Of a stretch of DNA of 42,280 bases, positions 17,550-26,026 are shown in pieces. Under the pieces are notes generated by a model. It was not told the origin of the DNA. It did not search any database and was given only the letters and a program-made list of their open reading frames with translations. The stretch comes from Alphaproteobacteria bacterium (GTDB lineage Bacteria > Pseudomonadota > Alphaproteobacteria > UBA8366 > GCA-2717185). Within the stretch, counting starts at the first letter, position 1. Every line of letters starts with the position of its first letter. The stretch is from the NCBI GenBank assembly GCA_047631095.1, contig JBLHZD010000003.1:1-42280 (forward strand), given 5' to 3'. A program made the translations under genes and the position numbers.

Positions 17550-17649
17550 CTTTAAATCGACACGACGAAAAGCATCTATCCGCGCCCCAACAGAAAGACG
17601 ACGATCAGATGCTTCTTGCACTTTAAATCCAGTATCAATAATAGGAATT

Positions 17650-18549
17650 ATGGCACGAAAAATCAAGTCCCCTGGCGCCCGTACGGCGTCACGATCAAAC
17701 CCACGCTCGGCGAACCGCCCAGCGCCCCGTTCAACAGTGCGTTCAGCATCCCCCGCTGCGCCAGAACACGACTCAGCCGCCGCGCCGCAAACATCGAATC
17801 GCGGCGCGGAAAGCTGGCTCTACGGACGCCATCCCGTTTTTGCGGCGCTGGAAAATCCAGATCGGCGTATTGAACGTCTTCTGGCGACGACCGAGGTCGC
17901 AAAGTCTTTCCCGACTAATTTGCCCGCAACCACGGCCAACCTCCGCGTCGAGATCGTCAGTCGCCGTGATCTGGATGAATTGTTGCCCGAAGGCGCGGTG
18001 CATCAAGGATGCGCCCTTCTCGCCCATCCATCCCATACACTTACCCTTGAAGATATTTTGGACACCGCCGGCGCTGACGCCGTCGTGGTTTTGCTCGATC
18101 AGGTCAGCGACCCCCACAATGTTGGCGCGGTGCTGCGCAGCGCCGCCGTCTTTGGCGCATCCGCCGTCATCGCGCCCGCGCGCGGCGCACCCCCGGCCAC
18201 CGGCGTCCTCGCCAAAGCCGCCAGCGGCGCGTTGGAGCAGATCCCGCTTTTGGGCGTCGCCAATCTCGCGCGGGCCATGGAAACGCTGAAACAGCATAAT
18301 TTCTGGTGTATCGGTTTGGATGGCGGCGGCGACGCGCCGTTAACGTCCGCGCTCTTCGAAGGCCGGGTGGCGCTGGTGCTGGGCGCCGAAGGACAGGGGT
18401 TGCGCCGGTTGACGCGCAAAAACTGCGACGTTCTGGCGACGATCCCCTCTGCCGGGCCGTTCGCCACACTCAACGTCTCCAACGCCGCCGCCATCGCCCT
18501 TTATGAAGTCGCCCGGCGCAGGACGACACCGCAACCAACCAAAAAATAG
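17650..18549 (+). CDS. rlmB: 23S rRNA Gm2251 2'-O-methyltransferase (TrmH/SPOUT family)
   Basis: LYGRHPV, DQVSDPHNVGAVLRS, LGAEGQGLR, TLNVSNAAA; divergent from tRNA-Tyr. Confidence 0.93.
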   Translation: MARKIKSPGARTASRSNPRSANRPAPRSTVRSASPAAPEHDSAAAPQTSNRGAESWLYGRHPVFAALENPDRRIERLLATTEVAKSFPTNLPATTANLRVEIVSRRDLDELLPEGAVHQGCALLAHPSHTLTLEDILDTAGADAVVVLLDQVSDPHNVGAVLRSAAVFGASAVIAPARGAPPATGVLAKAASGALEQIPLLGVANLARAMETLKQHNFWCIGLDGGGDAPLTSALFEGRVALVLGAEGQGLRRLTRKNCDVLATIPSAGPFATLNVSNAAAIALYEVARRRTTPQPTKK

Positions 18550-18557
18550 GCTCCGAC

Positions 18558-19691
18558 GTGGTGATTCTAAATCAGCGACACCTGTTCGACATCCCCGATG
18601 ACGTCACCTATCTGAATTGCGCGTCCTATGCGCCCCTGCTTCGCGAATCCGTCGCCGCCGGTGAAAAGGGCGTTGCGCGCAAGGCGCACCCTTGGGCGAC
18701 ATCGACGCAAATATTCGAGGAAGCCGACGCCGATGTGGAACAGGTGCGCTCTTTGTTTGCACAGCTGATCGGCGCGACAGCCGACGATATCGCCATAACA
18801 CCCTCCACCAGCTATGGAATCGCGACCGCCGCGGCCAATCTTACCGTAAACCCCGGTCAGGACATCGTCGTTCTGGAACATCAATTCCCGTCCAATTTCC
18901 ATCCCTGGCGGCAACTCGCATCCGATACGGGCGCGCGGCTAACGCAAGTAACGCGCCCGTCTGACAGCGATTGGACGGCGGCGATTATGGCGCAACTGGG
19001 ACCGGACACGGCCTCAAACACGGCCCCCGACACGGCCCCTAAAACAGCCATCGTGGCGCTGCCCCCCTGCCACTGGACGGATGGCGTCCGGATTGATCTT
19101 GTCGCTATCGGCGCACGGTGCCGCGAAATCGGCGCAGCCTTCGTCGTCGACGCGACCCAGTATATCGGCGCGGCGCCACTTGATATCGCAGCGATACAGC
19201 CGGATTTCCTGACCTGTTCCGCCTATAAGTGGCTGTTATGCCCGTATACACTGGCTTTCCTGTATGCGGTGCCACACCGGCAACAGGGCCGCCCGCTTGA
19301 GCTGCGCACCGATCGCCCCGTCGACAATGCGCGACGCTACGACATGGGCGAATACTATAATTTCATCAATATACCGATGGCGATCGCCGCCCTTCAACAG
19401 ATCCTGGACTGGACGCCGGACGCAATCGGCCAGACCCTCGCCCCGCTAACCCAGCACGCGGCCAATGAGGCGCGCGTACGCGGCCTTATTGTCCCTCCGG
19501 ATGCGCATCGGGCGCCTCATTTTATAGGCTTTCGGTTTCCGGACGGTATGCCATCGGAAATTGATGAAAAACTCGCCAATGATAACGTTTTTGCCGCACT
19601 TCGGGGCGACGCCTTGCGGATCAGTCCGCATCTTTTTTGCGATACAGGCGATATCGACCGTTTCTTTTCGATGCTGGATCAGTATATGTGA
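18558..19691 (+). CDS. Class V PLP-dependent aminotransferase-fold enzyme (cysteine desulfurase/kynureninase-like)
   Basis: YLNCAS, STSYG, VDATQ, SAYKWLL (PLP lysine), LRISPH. Confidence 0.88.
   Translation: MVILNQRHLFDIPDDVTYLNCASYAPLLRESVAAGEKGVARKAHPWATSTQIFEEADADVEQVRSLFAQLIGATADDIAITPSTSYGIATAAANLTVNPGQDIVVLEHQFPSNFHPWRQLASDTGARLTQVTRPSDSDWTAAIMAQLGPDTASNTAPDTAPKTAIVALPPCHWTDGVRIDLVAIGARCREIGAAFVVDATQYIGAAPLDIAAIQPDFLTCSAYKWLLCPYTLAFLYAVPHRQQGRPLELRTDRPVDNARRYDMGEYYNFINIPMAIAALQQILDWTPDAIGQTLAPLTQHAANEARVRGLIVPPDAHRAPHFIGFRFPDGMPSEIDEKLANDNVFAALRGDALRISPHLFCDTGDIDRFFSMLDQYM
19002..19049 (+). repeat. In-frame 4 x 12-bp tandem repeat (PDTA-SNTA-PDTA-PKTA)
   Basis: CCGGACACGGCC / TCAAACACGGCC / CCCGACACGGCC / CCTAAAACAGCC. 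Confidence 0.8.
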
Positions 19692-19753
19692 CGCCGATTG
19701 ACGAATTTACGTGGTCTCGCCAAATCTGTTTTGGTAATGTCCCGCAAATTCAC

Positions 19754-19829
19754 GCCGCAGTAGCTCAGTTGGTAGAGCAGGGGTTTTGTAAACCTCAGGT
19801 CGGGAGTTCGAGTCTCTCCTGCGGCACCA
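19754..19829 (+). tRNA. tRNA-Thr (TGT)
   Basis: GCCGCAGTAGCTCAGTTGGTAGAGC...GGGGT-TTTGTAA-ACCTC...GTTCGAGT...CTGCGGCACCA; 76 nt. Confidence 0.98.
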
Positions 19830-20588
19830 TCATCCCCAGGACCTGAGCGAAACGTATCCCCGCGCGAAGATCATAACCGCGGCGCAGGCGAAGGCGATCA
19901 GCGGCCCGACCGGCATATCGGTCCAGACCGACACCCCAATGCCGATAAGGACCGCGACCCAACCGCCAATCATCGCCGCGACAACACGCCCGGATCGGAC
20001 CGTGTTCGCCGCAAGCGCCGGCAGGATCAAACTCGCGAACACGACATAGACCCCCGCCAGTTGTACCGATGCGGTCACAACGAGCGCGAAAATAGCGAAG
20101 AACCATGAACCTTCGCGGGCCCGTGGCCAGCCGAACCACACTACGAACGCCACGGCGTACAGGGGCGCGAAGGCTGCGATTTCCGACCAGGACACGAACA
20201 GAAGCTGGCCGGAAAGGATGTCCTGCATTTTCTCCCCCCCATGCGGGTGATTCGCCAAGGCCAGCAACGTCGCCGACGCGGCCAGCACGAAACAGGCGCC
20301 GATGATCGGTTCCTGTTCCTTGGGGAACCGCTTCTCGACGATGCGAAAGAACCATGCGGCCAGGAGGGCGGCGGCCATTGCCGAAACCTGACGCAGCGGC
20401 CAGGACGCGTCCTGTGACAGGAGGTCCACGAGCACGACGCAAAGCCCGGCGATCTGCGCTATGGCGAGGTCAATGAAGATGATCCCGCGCCGCAGGACTT
20501 CGAGGCCTAACGGTCCGTGAATCGTCGCGATCATAAGCCCGGCAACGAGCGCCGGCGCGACGATGGTCAGAAAATCAACGCCGTTCAA
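19830..20588 (-). CDS. Metal (Zn/Mn) ABC-3 type permease, ZnuB-like
   Basis: GLEVLRRGIIFIDLAIAQIAGL, LSGQLLFV, GVYVVFASLILPA; multiple transmembrane helices. Confidence 0.88.
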   Translation of the reverse strand: MNGVDFLTIVAPALVAGLMIATIHGPLGLEVLRRGIIFIDLAIAQIAGLCVVLVDLLSQDASWPLRQVSAMAAALLAAWFFRIVEKRFPKEQEPIIGACFVLAASATLLALANHPHGGEKMQDILSGQLLFVSWSEIAAFAPLYAVAFVVWFGWPRAREGSWFFAIFALVVTASVQLAGVYVVFASLILPALAANTVRSGRVVAAMIGGWVAVLIGIGVSVWTDMPVGPLIAFACAAVMIFARGYVSLRSWG

Positions 20589-21489
20589 GGCCGGACTCCA
20601 GACGCGCCAGCAGATCGTCGAAAAATGCGGCGAGGTCGCCTGGCGCGGCGTCGCGGTCCACGGTCGCCGGCAGTTCGACTATGGGAATGCCGGTGCGGCC
20701 CGCCAACCAATCGGACGGAGCGTCGTCGTCATAGGGCGTGCGTATGATTGCACGAACCTTACTCGTCCGCGTGATGGATAACAGGTACTCCAGATGCTTG
20801 ACGCTTGGCGGTATACCCGGTTTCGCCTCCAACGCGCCGGTTTCCCGCAGACCGGTCCAATGCAGGAGATAAGACCAGAACTTGTGATGCACAATCACGG
20901 GCTGGCCTTGCAATGCAGCCGCGCGCCGTCGCCAACCCGCCATCGCTGCGGACCAGGTTGCGGTGAAGGTTTCAAGACGTTGCGCATAATGGTCCGTTCC
21001 CGCAGGATCAATCACGGTAAGGCGCCGCCGTAGCGTTTCGGCGAGGCCTGGAATATTCTTCGGATCAAGATGGACATGCGGGTTGCCCTCGGGGTGCAGA
21101 TCACCAAGGCTCCGGTCGATTGAGACGGGTATCTCGATAACATCGACATGGTCCGCCGCCATCAGGTGACCGGCCTTCCCGGGCTGAATGCCGCCGCCGC
21201 CGCGCTGTAGCAACAGCGGCAGCCAGCCAACTTCCAGGCCGCCGCCGGAGCAAAAGACCAGGTCGGCGCGCCGGATTTTCGCGACGAGACTCGGGCGCGC
21301 CCGGATATGGTGCGGGTCCTGGCGGGCGTGCGTGGCGGCATACGCCGACACCCTTTCACCGCCGATCTCCCGCGCAAGCGCGGCCCATTCGGGTTCACAC
21401 GCAAACACATTGACCTTCGCGTCAGCGCGGTCGGTCGTCGCCAGCAGAAACGCCGTCGCGACGACCGGAAATATATATCGATAAAGCAT
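20575..21489 (-). CDS. Zn ABC transporter substrate-binding protein (ZnuA/TroA family)
   Basis: Signal peptide from ATG 21489; QDPHHI, HPEGNPHVHLDP, VHH, EAKPGIPPS motifs. Confidence 0.9.
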   Translation of the reverse strand: MLYRYIFPVVATAFLLATTDRADAKVNVFACEPEWAALAREIGGERVSAYAATHARQDPHHIRARPSLVAKIRRADLVFCSGGGLEVGWLPLLLQRGGGGIQPGKAGHLMAADHVDVIEIPVSIDRSLGDLHPEGNPHVHLDPKNIPGLAETLRRRLTVIDPAGTDHYAQRLETFTATWSAAMAGWRRRAAALQGQPVIVHHKFWSYLLHWTGLRETGALEAKPGIPPSVKHLEYLLSITRTSKVRAIIRTPYDDDAPSDWLAGRTGIPIVELPATVDRDAAPGDLAAFFDDLLARLESGLERR

Positions 21490-21493
21490 GGCG

Positions 21494-22819
21494 CTAGTAG
21501 GGGTGCGCGCCGTGCGCGCCAATGCTCATGACATATTGCAGGAAGAACTGGTTGTCCGTCCTGTCGTTTGCCAACGCCTCGCGATTGTACTGGAGACGGA
21601 GGCGGCCGTATTCGCTGTTCGTCCAGTCGCCCATTATGGCGAAAGCGTCGGGATCATGACCGGCGGCGTCCAGGTCGCTACCGACAAGCCCTACCGCCGC
21701 ATCCGGCGCGTACATCCGCGAATAGCGCGCGCCGATGCGCCATGCCGGCGCGAATTTGTAGACAGCCTGCGCATACCAGCCGCCAGCGTCATCGTCGAAC
21801 GACACCAGGCCGTTGCCGACGTTGTACTCACCGTCCTCAAAGCGATGGAAGTATTCCCCCTGCAAGGTAATTTCCTGCTGACTGGCATTGCCGGTCGGCG
21901 CCAAAGTGTAGCGCAGATCGACCGCGTACAGGTTCGATTGACCGGTAAAGGTTATCGCGTCCTCATTGCTCAGACGCGCATTGACATCCCCTTGCAAGGT
22001 ATAGGCGCCGAGCCGCCAGCTTTGATTGTCGCCAACATCACCGCCGATACGTCCGAAAGCGGACCAACCGCCAAGCCCGCTCTCCGAACCGCCAAACGGA
22101 AAATCATCGCCCCGGAAGGCGCCGCCGCCAAGTTCGGCGTATGTGTCCGTCGGCAGGACATAAGACACTTCGACACCGTCATCATTGAATGAATTGTTGA
22201 GGAAGATGCGATGGGTCAACGGTCGGTCGACGAAATCGTCCGCATGCTGATGATGCTCGTTCAGATAGCCCATGCTCCAGAAAGCACGGCCCGCCTTCAA
22301 CCGAAACCCTTCCGGCAACCCGGCGCCGGGGAGTGTTTGGAAATAGGCTTCTTCGAGTTCCACCTTATCGGCGCCGTCTTCGCGAACGATCGCCGCCGTG
22401 ACGCTGCCGAAGAATTTGTCGTCGATGTTGGCCGAGAAATTCAATTCGGTCTCACCGAGAGACAAGCCCTCATTGCCGCGTTCCCCTTCCTCTCCGGCGC
22501 CGAAGCCGGCAATTTCAGAGGCGGCGCGAGAGAAGGACGCCGCCGTGCCGACGACGATGGCGCTGATCGACGGGTTGAACCCGTTTCCCTTGCTCCTCGT
22601 ATCCGCCGACACGGGGGCCTCTATGATTTTTGACTTTCCCTGTTTTTGCGAGAGGGTCTTGATCCGCGTCTCGAGCGACTGAATCCGGGTCTCATAGACC
22701 TGTTTCATCTCGCGCACTTCCTTTAGGATCGCCTTCAGATCCTCAGGTTCAGCCGCCTGTGCGACTGTCGATGCTAGCCACACAGGCGCGGCGAGCGCAT
22801 ACCAATACTTGCGATGCAT
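21494..22819 (-). CDS. Outer-membrane beta-barrel, putative zinc-regulated porin/receptor
   Basis: Signal peptide MHRKYW...AQA after RBS AAGGA; N-terminal coiled coil; amphipathic strands; His motifs NEHHQH and C-terminal GAHGAHPY. Confidence 0.75.
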   Translation of the reverse strand: MHRKYWYALAAPVWLASTVAQAAEPEDLKAILKEVREMKQVYETRIQSLETRIKTLSQKQGKSKIIEAPVSADTRSKGNGFNPSISAIVVGTAASFSRAASEIAGFGAGEEGERGNEGLSLGETELNFSANIDDKFFGSVTAAIVREDGADKVELEEAYFQTLPGAGLPEGFRLKAGRAFWSMGYLNEHHQHADDFVDRPLTHRIFLNNSFNDDGVEVSYVLPTDTYAELGGGAFRGDDFPFGGSESGLGGWSAFGRIGGDVGDNQSWRLGAYTLQGDVNARLSNEDAITFTGQSNLYAVDLRYTLAPTGNASQQEITLQGEYFHRFEDGEYNVGNGLVSFDDDAGGWYAQAVYKFAPAWRIGARYSRMYAPDAAVGLVGSDLDAAGHDPDAFAIMGDWTNSEYGRLRLQYNREALANDRTDNQFFLQYVMSIGAHGAHPY

Positions 22820-22880
22820 CTTCGTTTCCTTCGAGTCTGTTAGGTCCGCCGCATTTGACTGGCGCAAACAGGCAGCGTGA

Positions 22881-22908
22881 TAAATGTAATGTTATAACAT
22901 TACATTTA
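22881..22908. promoter_or_regulatory. Zur-type operator (perfect 28-bp palindrome)
   Basis: TAAATGTAATGTTATAACATTACATTTA is its own reverse complement and matches the proteobacterial Zur consensus (AAATGTTATA-N-TATAACATTT) in two overlapping registers; about 60 nt upstream of the metal-uptake operon. Confidence 0.85.
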
Positions 22909-23010
22909 CAGTGCTCAAAAGGCAAGCGCGTATTTCCGCCTGGTTCCAAATGTGACGTCAGCGCCGCTCTTTGGTCTTGGAGCCGATAAGGTTTGGCGGG
23001 CGCCTTGACC

Positions 23011-23226
23011 TCAGCGCCAGAAGGTTTTTTCGGACTCTTCTTTCGCGCGGCGTTTGGAAATTCCGATATCTCTCAACAATCGGTCGTCAAGGCGGGCCAA
23101 TGCGCGGCGTTGACGTCTGCGCTCGCACCAGAGCTGGACTAAATAGGTCCAGCCGAGCCAAGGCTCAACACTTTGCGCGCTTGTGCTTGCCGGTCCCGTG
23201 CGGCGTGTCTTGGCGTCCATGAGCAT
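23011..23226 (-). CDS. DUF1127 small arginine-rich protein
   Basis: WCERRRQRRALARLDDRLLRDIGIS...EKTFWR signature; GGAGG RBS. Confidence 0.9.
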   Translation of the reverse strand: MLMDAKTRRTGPASTSAQSVEPWLGWTYLVQLWCERRRQRRALARLDDRLLRDIGISKRRAKEESEKTFWR

Positions 23227-23358
23227 AATTCAGCCGTCCTCCAGTGAAATTGGGTAAATAATCAAGGGTCAGGCCGTTAAATAAGGGCTCAAGCAGCTTG
23301 CTCACAAAGCATCTTTTCTCTACCTTGCCTGAGAAAAATTGCGCCTTGGAACGCCAAT

Positions 23359-24285
23359 ATGCCACGACGATTACCGCCGCTGAACGCACTGAGGGCCTTC
23401 GAGGCCGCCGCCCGGCACGAAAGCTTTACCCGAGCGGCGGAAGAGCTGAGCGTCACCCAGGGGGCCGTCAGCCATCAGGTAAAAGCGCTGGAAGCGGTGC
23501 TTGGATTAGCGCTCTTCACCCGAGAACCCCGGCGATTGATCATCACGCAAGCAGGCCGCGACTATCTTGACGTCGTGCGCGACGCCCTGGACCGGATAGC
23601 GGTGGGAACGGACCGTTTGCTAGAGCGTCAACGTTCAGGAATCCTCACAGTCAGCACGTCCCCCAATTTTGCCTCAAAATGGCTTGTGCACCGCCTGGGA
23701 CGGTTCGCCGAACAACACCCGGCCATCGACCTCAGGATCGGCGCCGCCCTTCACCATATCGATTTCACCCGCGAGGACGTTGATGTCGCTGTCCGGCACG
23801 CCGAGTCTGCGGACCCGGGATTTGACTGCCATCGGCTTTATGAAGAAGAACTGTTTCCGGTGTGCAGCCCTGGCCTGCTCGATCCGAACCTCCCGCTACG
23901 AACCCCAGCGGATTTGACCCGGTTGACGCTTTTACATCTCGATAGCCGGCAGGATTGGTTGAAATGGTTCAACGCTGCGGGCGTTTTAGCGGCCGACATG
24001 TCGCGGGGGCCGGTCCTGAACCAGGCCAGCATGGTGATCGACGCCGCCGTTGACGGTCAAGGCGTCGCGCTGGCGCGAACAGGGCTCGCGGCCCGCGATT
24101 TGATCGCCGGACGTCTGGTGCGACCAATCCCCCTCTCCCTTCCCGTCTCCTACGCCTATTGGATCGTTTGCCCAACGGCGACGGCCAATTTGCCAAAGAT
24201 TACAATTTTCCGGGACTGGCTCTTGGCCGAAGCCGCAGAAGACGCGCGTCAGCTCAAAGAAATTGAAGTTCCGGGAGCGCAATAG
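23359..24285 (+). CDS. LysR-family regulator, GcvA-like
   Basis: RRLPPLNALRAFEAAARHESFTRAAEELSVTQGAVSHQVK HTH; GQGVALAR; FRDWL. Confidence 0.93.
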   Translation: MPRRLPPLNALRAFEAAARHESFTRAAEELSVTQGAVSHQVKALEAVLGLALFTREPRRLIITQAGRDYLDVVRDALDRIAVGTDRLLERQRSGILTVSTSPNFASKWLVHRLGRFAEQHPAIDLRIGAALHHIDFTREDVDVAVRHAESADPGFDCHRLYEEELFPVCSPGLLDPNLPLRTPADLTRLTLLHLDSRQDWLKWFNAAGVLAADMSRGPVLNQASMVIDAAVDGQGVALARTGLAARDLIAGRLVRPIPLSLPVSYAYWIVCPTATANLPKITIFRDWLLAEAAEDARQLKEIEVPGAQ

Positions 24286-24329
24286 GGTGGCGCGGCCTGC
24301 ATCAAATTTTAACGTCACAGGGAAGCGGT

Positions 24330-24704
24330 TTATTTGTCAGGGTACCAGCAAAAATCGATCATAAGACACCCGTTTGCGCTGCTAACGGGGCCATGCATAA
24401 CGCCGGGCGCGCGTGCGGCGTAGGCGCCGATTCCAACCCGTTTCTCGCCATCGGTCCCGTCATGGACCATCATTTCGCCTTCCAGAATATAAATTTCTTC
24501 CCAATAATCATGCGCGTGCGCTTCCGGCGTCTTCGACCCGGCGGCCATGCGCAATAATCGCGTTCGCCGTCCTGTCTTGGCGACCGTATCGAGGTCGTTT
24601 GAAAGAATTTTGACGGAGACGCCCAGATTGCCGTCGCCGCGCTCTTCAAACCCGTTTTCGGAATCAATCGCGCCAAAAAACATATTATTGCGGATGTTGG
24701 TCAT
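24330..24704 (-). CDS. Cupin-domain protein (ChrR-like)
   Basis: HAHDYWEEIYILEG and PGVMHGP cupin motifs; start placed at ATG 24704 from AAGGA spacing. Confidence 0.8.
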   Translation of the reverse strand: MTNIRNNMFFGAIDSENGFEERGDGNLGVSVKILSNDLDTVAKTGRRTRLLRMAAGSKTPEAHAHDYWEEIYILEGEMMVHDGTDGEKRVGIGAYAARAPGVMHGPVSSANGCLMIDFCWYPDK

Positions 24705-24862
24705 GGTCATGTCCTTATTCGGTTTATCAACGAAGCAATTGATAGGCCTGTCCGCATTCGGCGGCCCCTTAATGTGGCGAAAATTAATCCCGCATCGAGA
24801 CATTTCGATCAAGCCCCGATCACAAGCACCAGATCAAATGTCGAAAAATCATGTTGTCGGTG

Positions 24863-24890
24863 TTGAGCTTGACGGCGGGCTTGGTATGAT
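24863..24890 (+). promoter_or_regulatory. Possible sigma70 promoter for the lyase/aldolase genes
   Basis: TTGAGC-N16-TATGAT with an extended -10 TG. Confidence 0.45.
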
Positions 24891-25026
24891 CTTCTTTCCT
24901 GTATTTATTGATTTTGAGGTCGTAGCGTCTGATTTTGCGCGTCTCTGAATTTGAACAGGCTCTTTCCTGAAGCGCAGGGCCGCGCTACGAGGCTTGCGAA
25001 TCATAAATTGAACGGGAGGCGACACC

Positions 25027-25962
25027 ATGCGCAAAACCACACAACTTCGTAATCTGCTGAAATCCGGTAAGCCGCTGCTTGTGCCCGGTTGCTATAATGC
25101 GCTGTCCGGCAAGATGCTCGACAAGACCGGGTTTCCCGCCGTGTATATGACGGGCTACGGCACATCGCTGTCGCTATTGGGTATGCCGGACGCGGGTTTG
25201 GCGACGATGACGGAGATGCATCTGAACGCGCGCTATATCGCCAACGCCGTCGACGTGCCCGTGATCGCCGATGCGGACAACGCCTATGGCAACGCCATCA
25301 ATGTGATCCGCACGGTGAAAGAGTACATTCAGACGGGCGTGGCGGGTATCCATATCGAAGATCAGGCCATCCCCAAGCGGTGCGGCCATGTGGCGGGGCG
25401 CAAGGTTATCCCGATGGACGAGGCCGTGGGCAAATACCGCGCGGCGGTGTCGGCGCGCGACGAGATTGACCCCGACTTCATGATTATCGCCCGCACCGAC
25501 GCGCGCGGCGCCCATGGCGGCACGCTGGACGACGCCATTGAGCGCGCCAACGCCTATCTCGACGCCGGCGCGGACATGGCCTTTGTCGAAGGCCCGACCT
25601 CGGTCGCGGAAGTCGAGCGCATCTGCAAGGAGGTCAACGGCCCGATCTTCTACAACCAGACCGGCGTATCACCGCGTTTCACGATGGATGAAATGGCCAA
25701 ACTGGGCATCGCACTGACGATCCTGCCCGGCGCCTTACTGCGCGCGACCTTGAAAACCCTGTATGATTTTTCCAAGGATCTGTACGACAACGGCCCGGTC
25801 GTGGAAGAGAACTTCGCGGACAAATTCAAGGACCATCCCGTGGGAGACTTCCACACCTTTGCCGGCTTCGACCAAATTCGGGAATGGGAAGAGGCTTTCC
25901 TTGTGCCCGAAGAACTGGAAAAATACGAAGAATCCGTCGGGCATCAGCCCGCCAAGCGCTAA
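25027..25962 (+). CDS. Isocitrate lyase/PEP mutase family C-C lyase (PrpB/dimethylmalate lyase/oxaloacetate hydrolase-like)
   Basis: YMTGYG, DADNAYG, HIEDQ, KRCGH catalytic loop, IARTD. Confidence 0.9.
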   Translation: MRKTTQLRNLLKSGKPLLVPGCYNALSGKMLDKTGFPAVYMTGYGTSLSLLGMPDAGLATMTEMHLNARYIANAVDVPVIADADNAYGNAINVIRTVKEYIQTGVAGIHIEDQAIPKRCGHVAGRKVIPMDEAVGKYRAAVSARDEIDPDFMIIARTDARGAHGGTLDDAIERANAYLDAGADMAFVEGPTSVAEVERICKEVNGPIFYNQTGVSPRFTMDEMAKLGIALTILPGALLRATLKTLYDFSKDLYDNGPVVEENFADKFKDHPVGDFHTFAGFDQIREWEEAFLVPEELEKYEESVGHQPAKR

Positions 25963-26026
25963 CCAAGCTAGGTTGCAGGCGACGATCACCGCCGCACCAT
26001 TCTCATTTTCAAGACAGGAGATCACT

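Noticed and set aside
22909-23010. Cuckoo/CcsR-type sRNAs downstream of the DUF1127 gene
   Set aside because: No CCTCCTCCC loop motifs or repeated hairpins are present.
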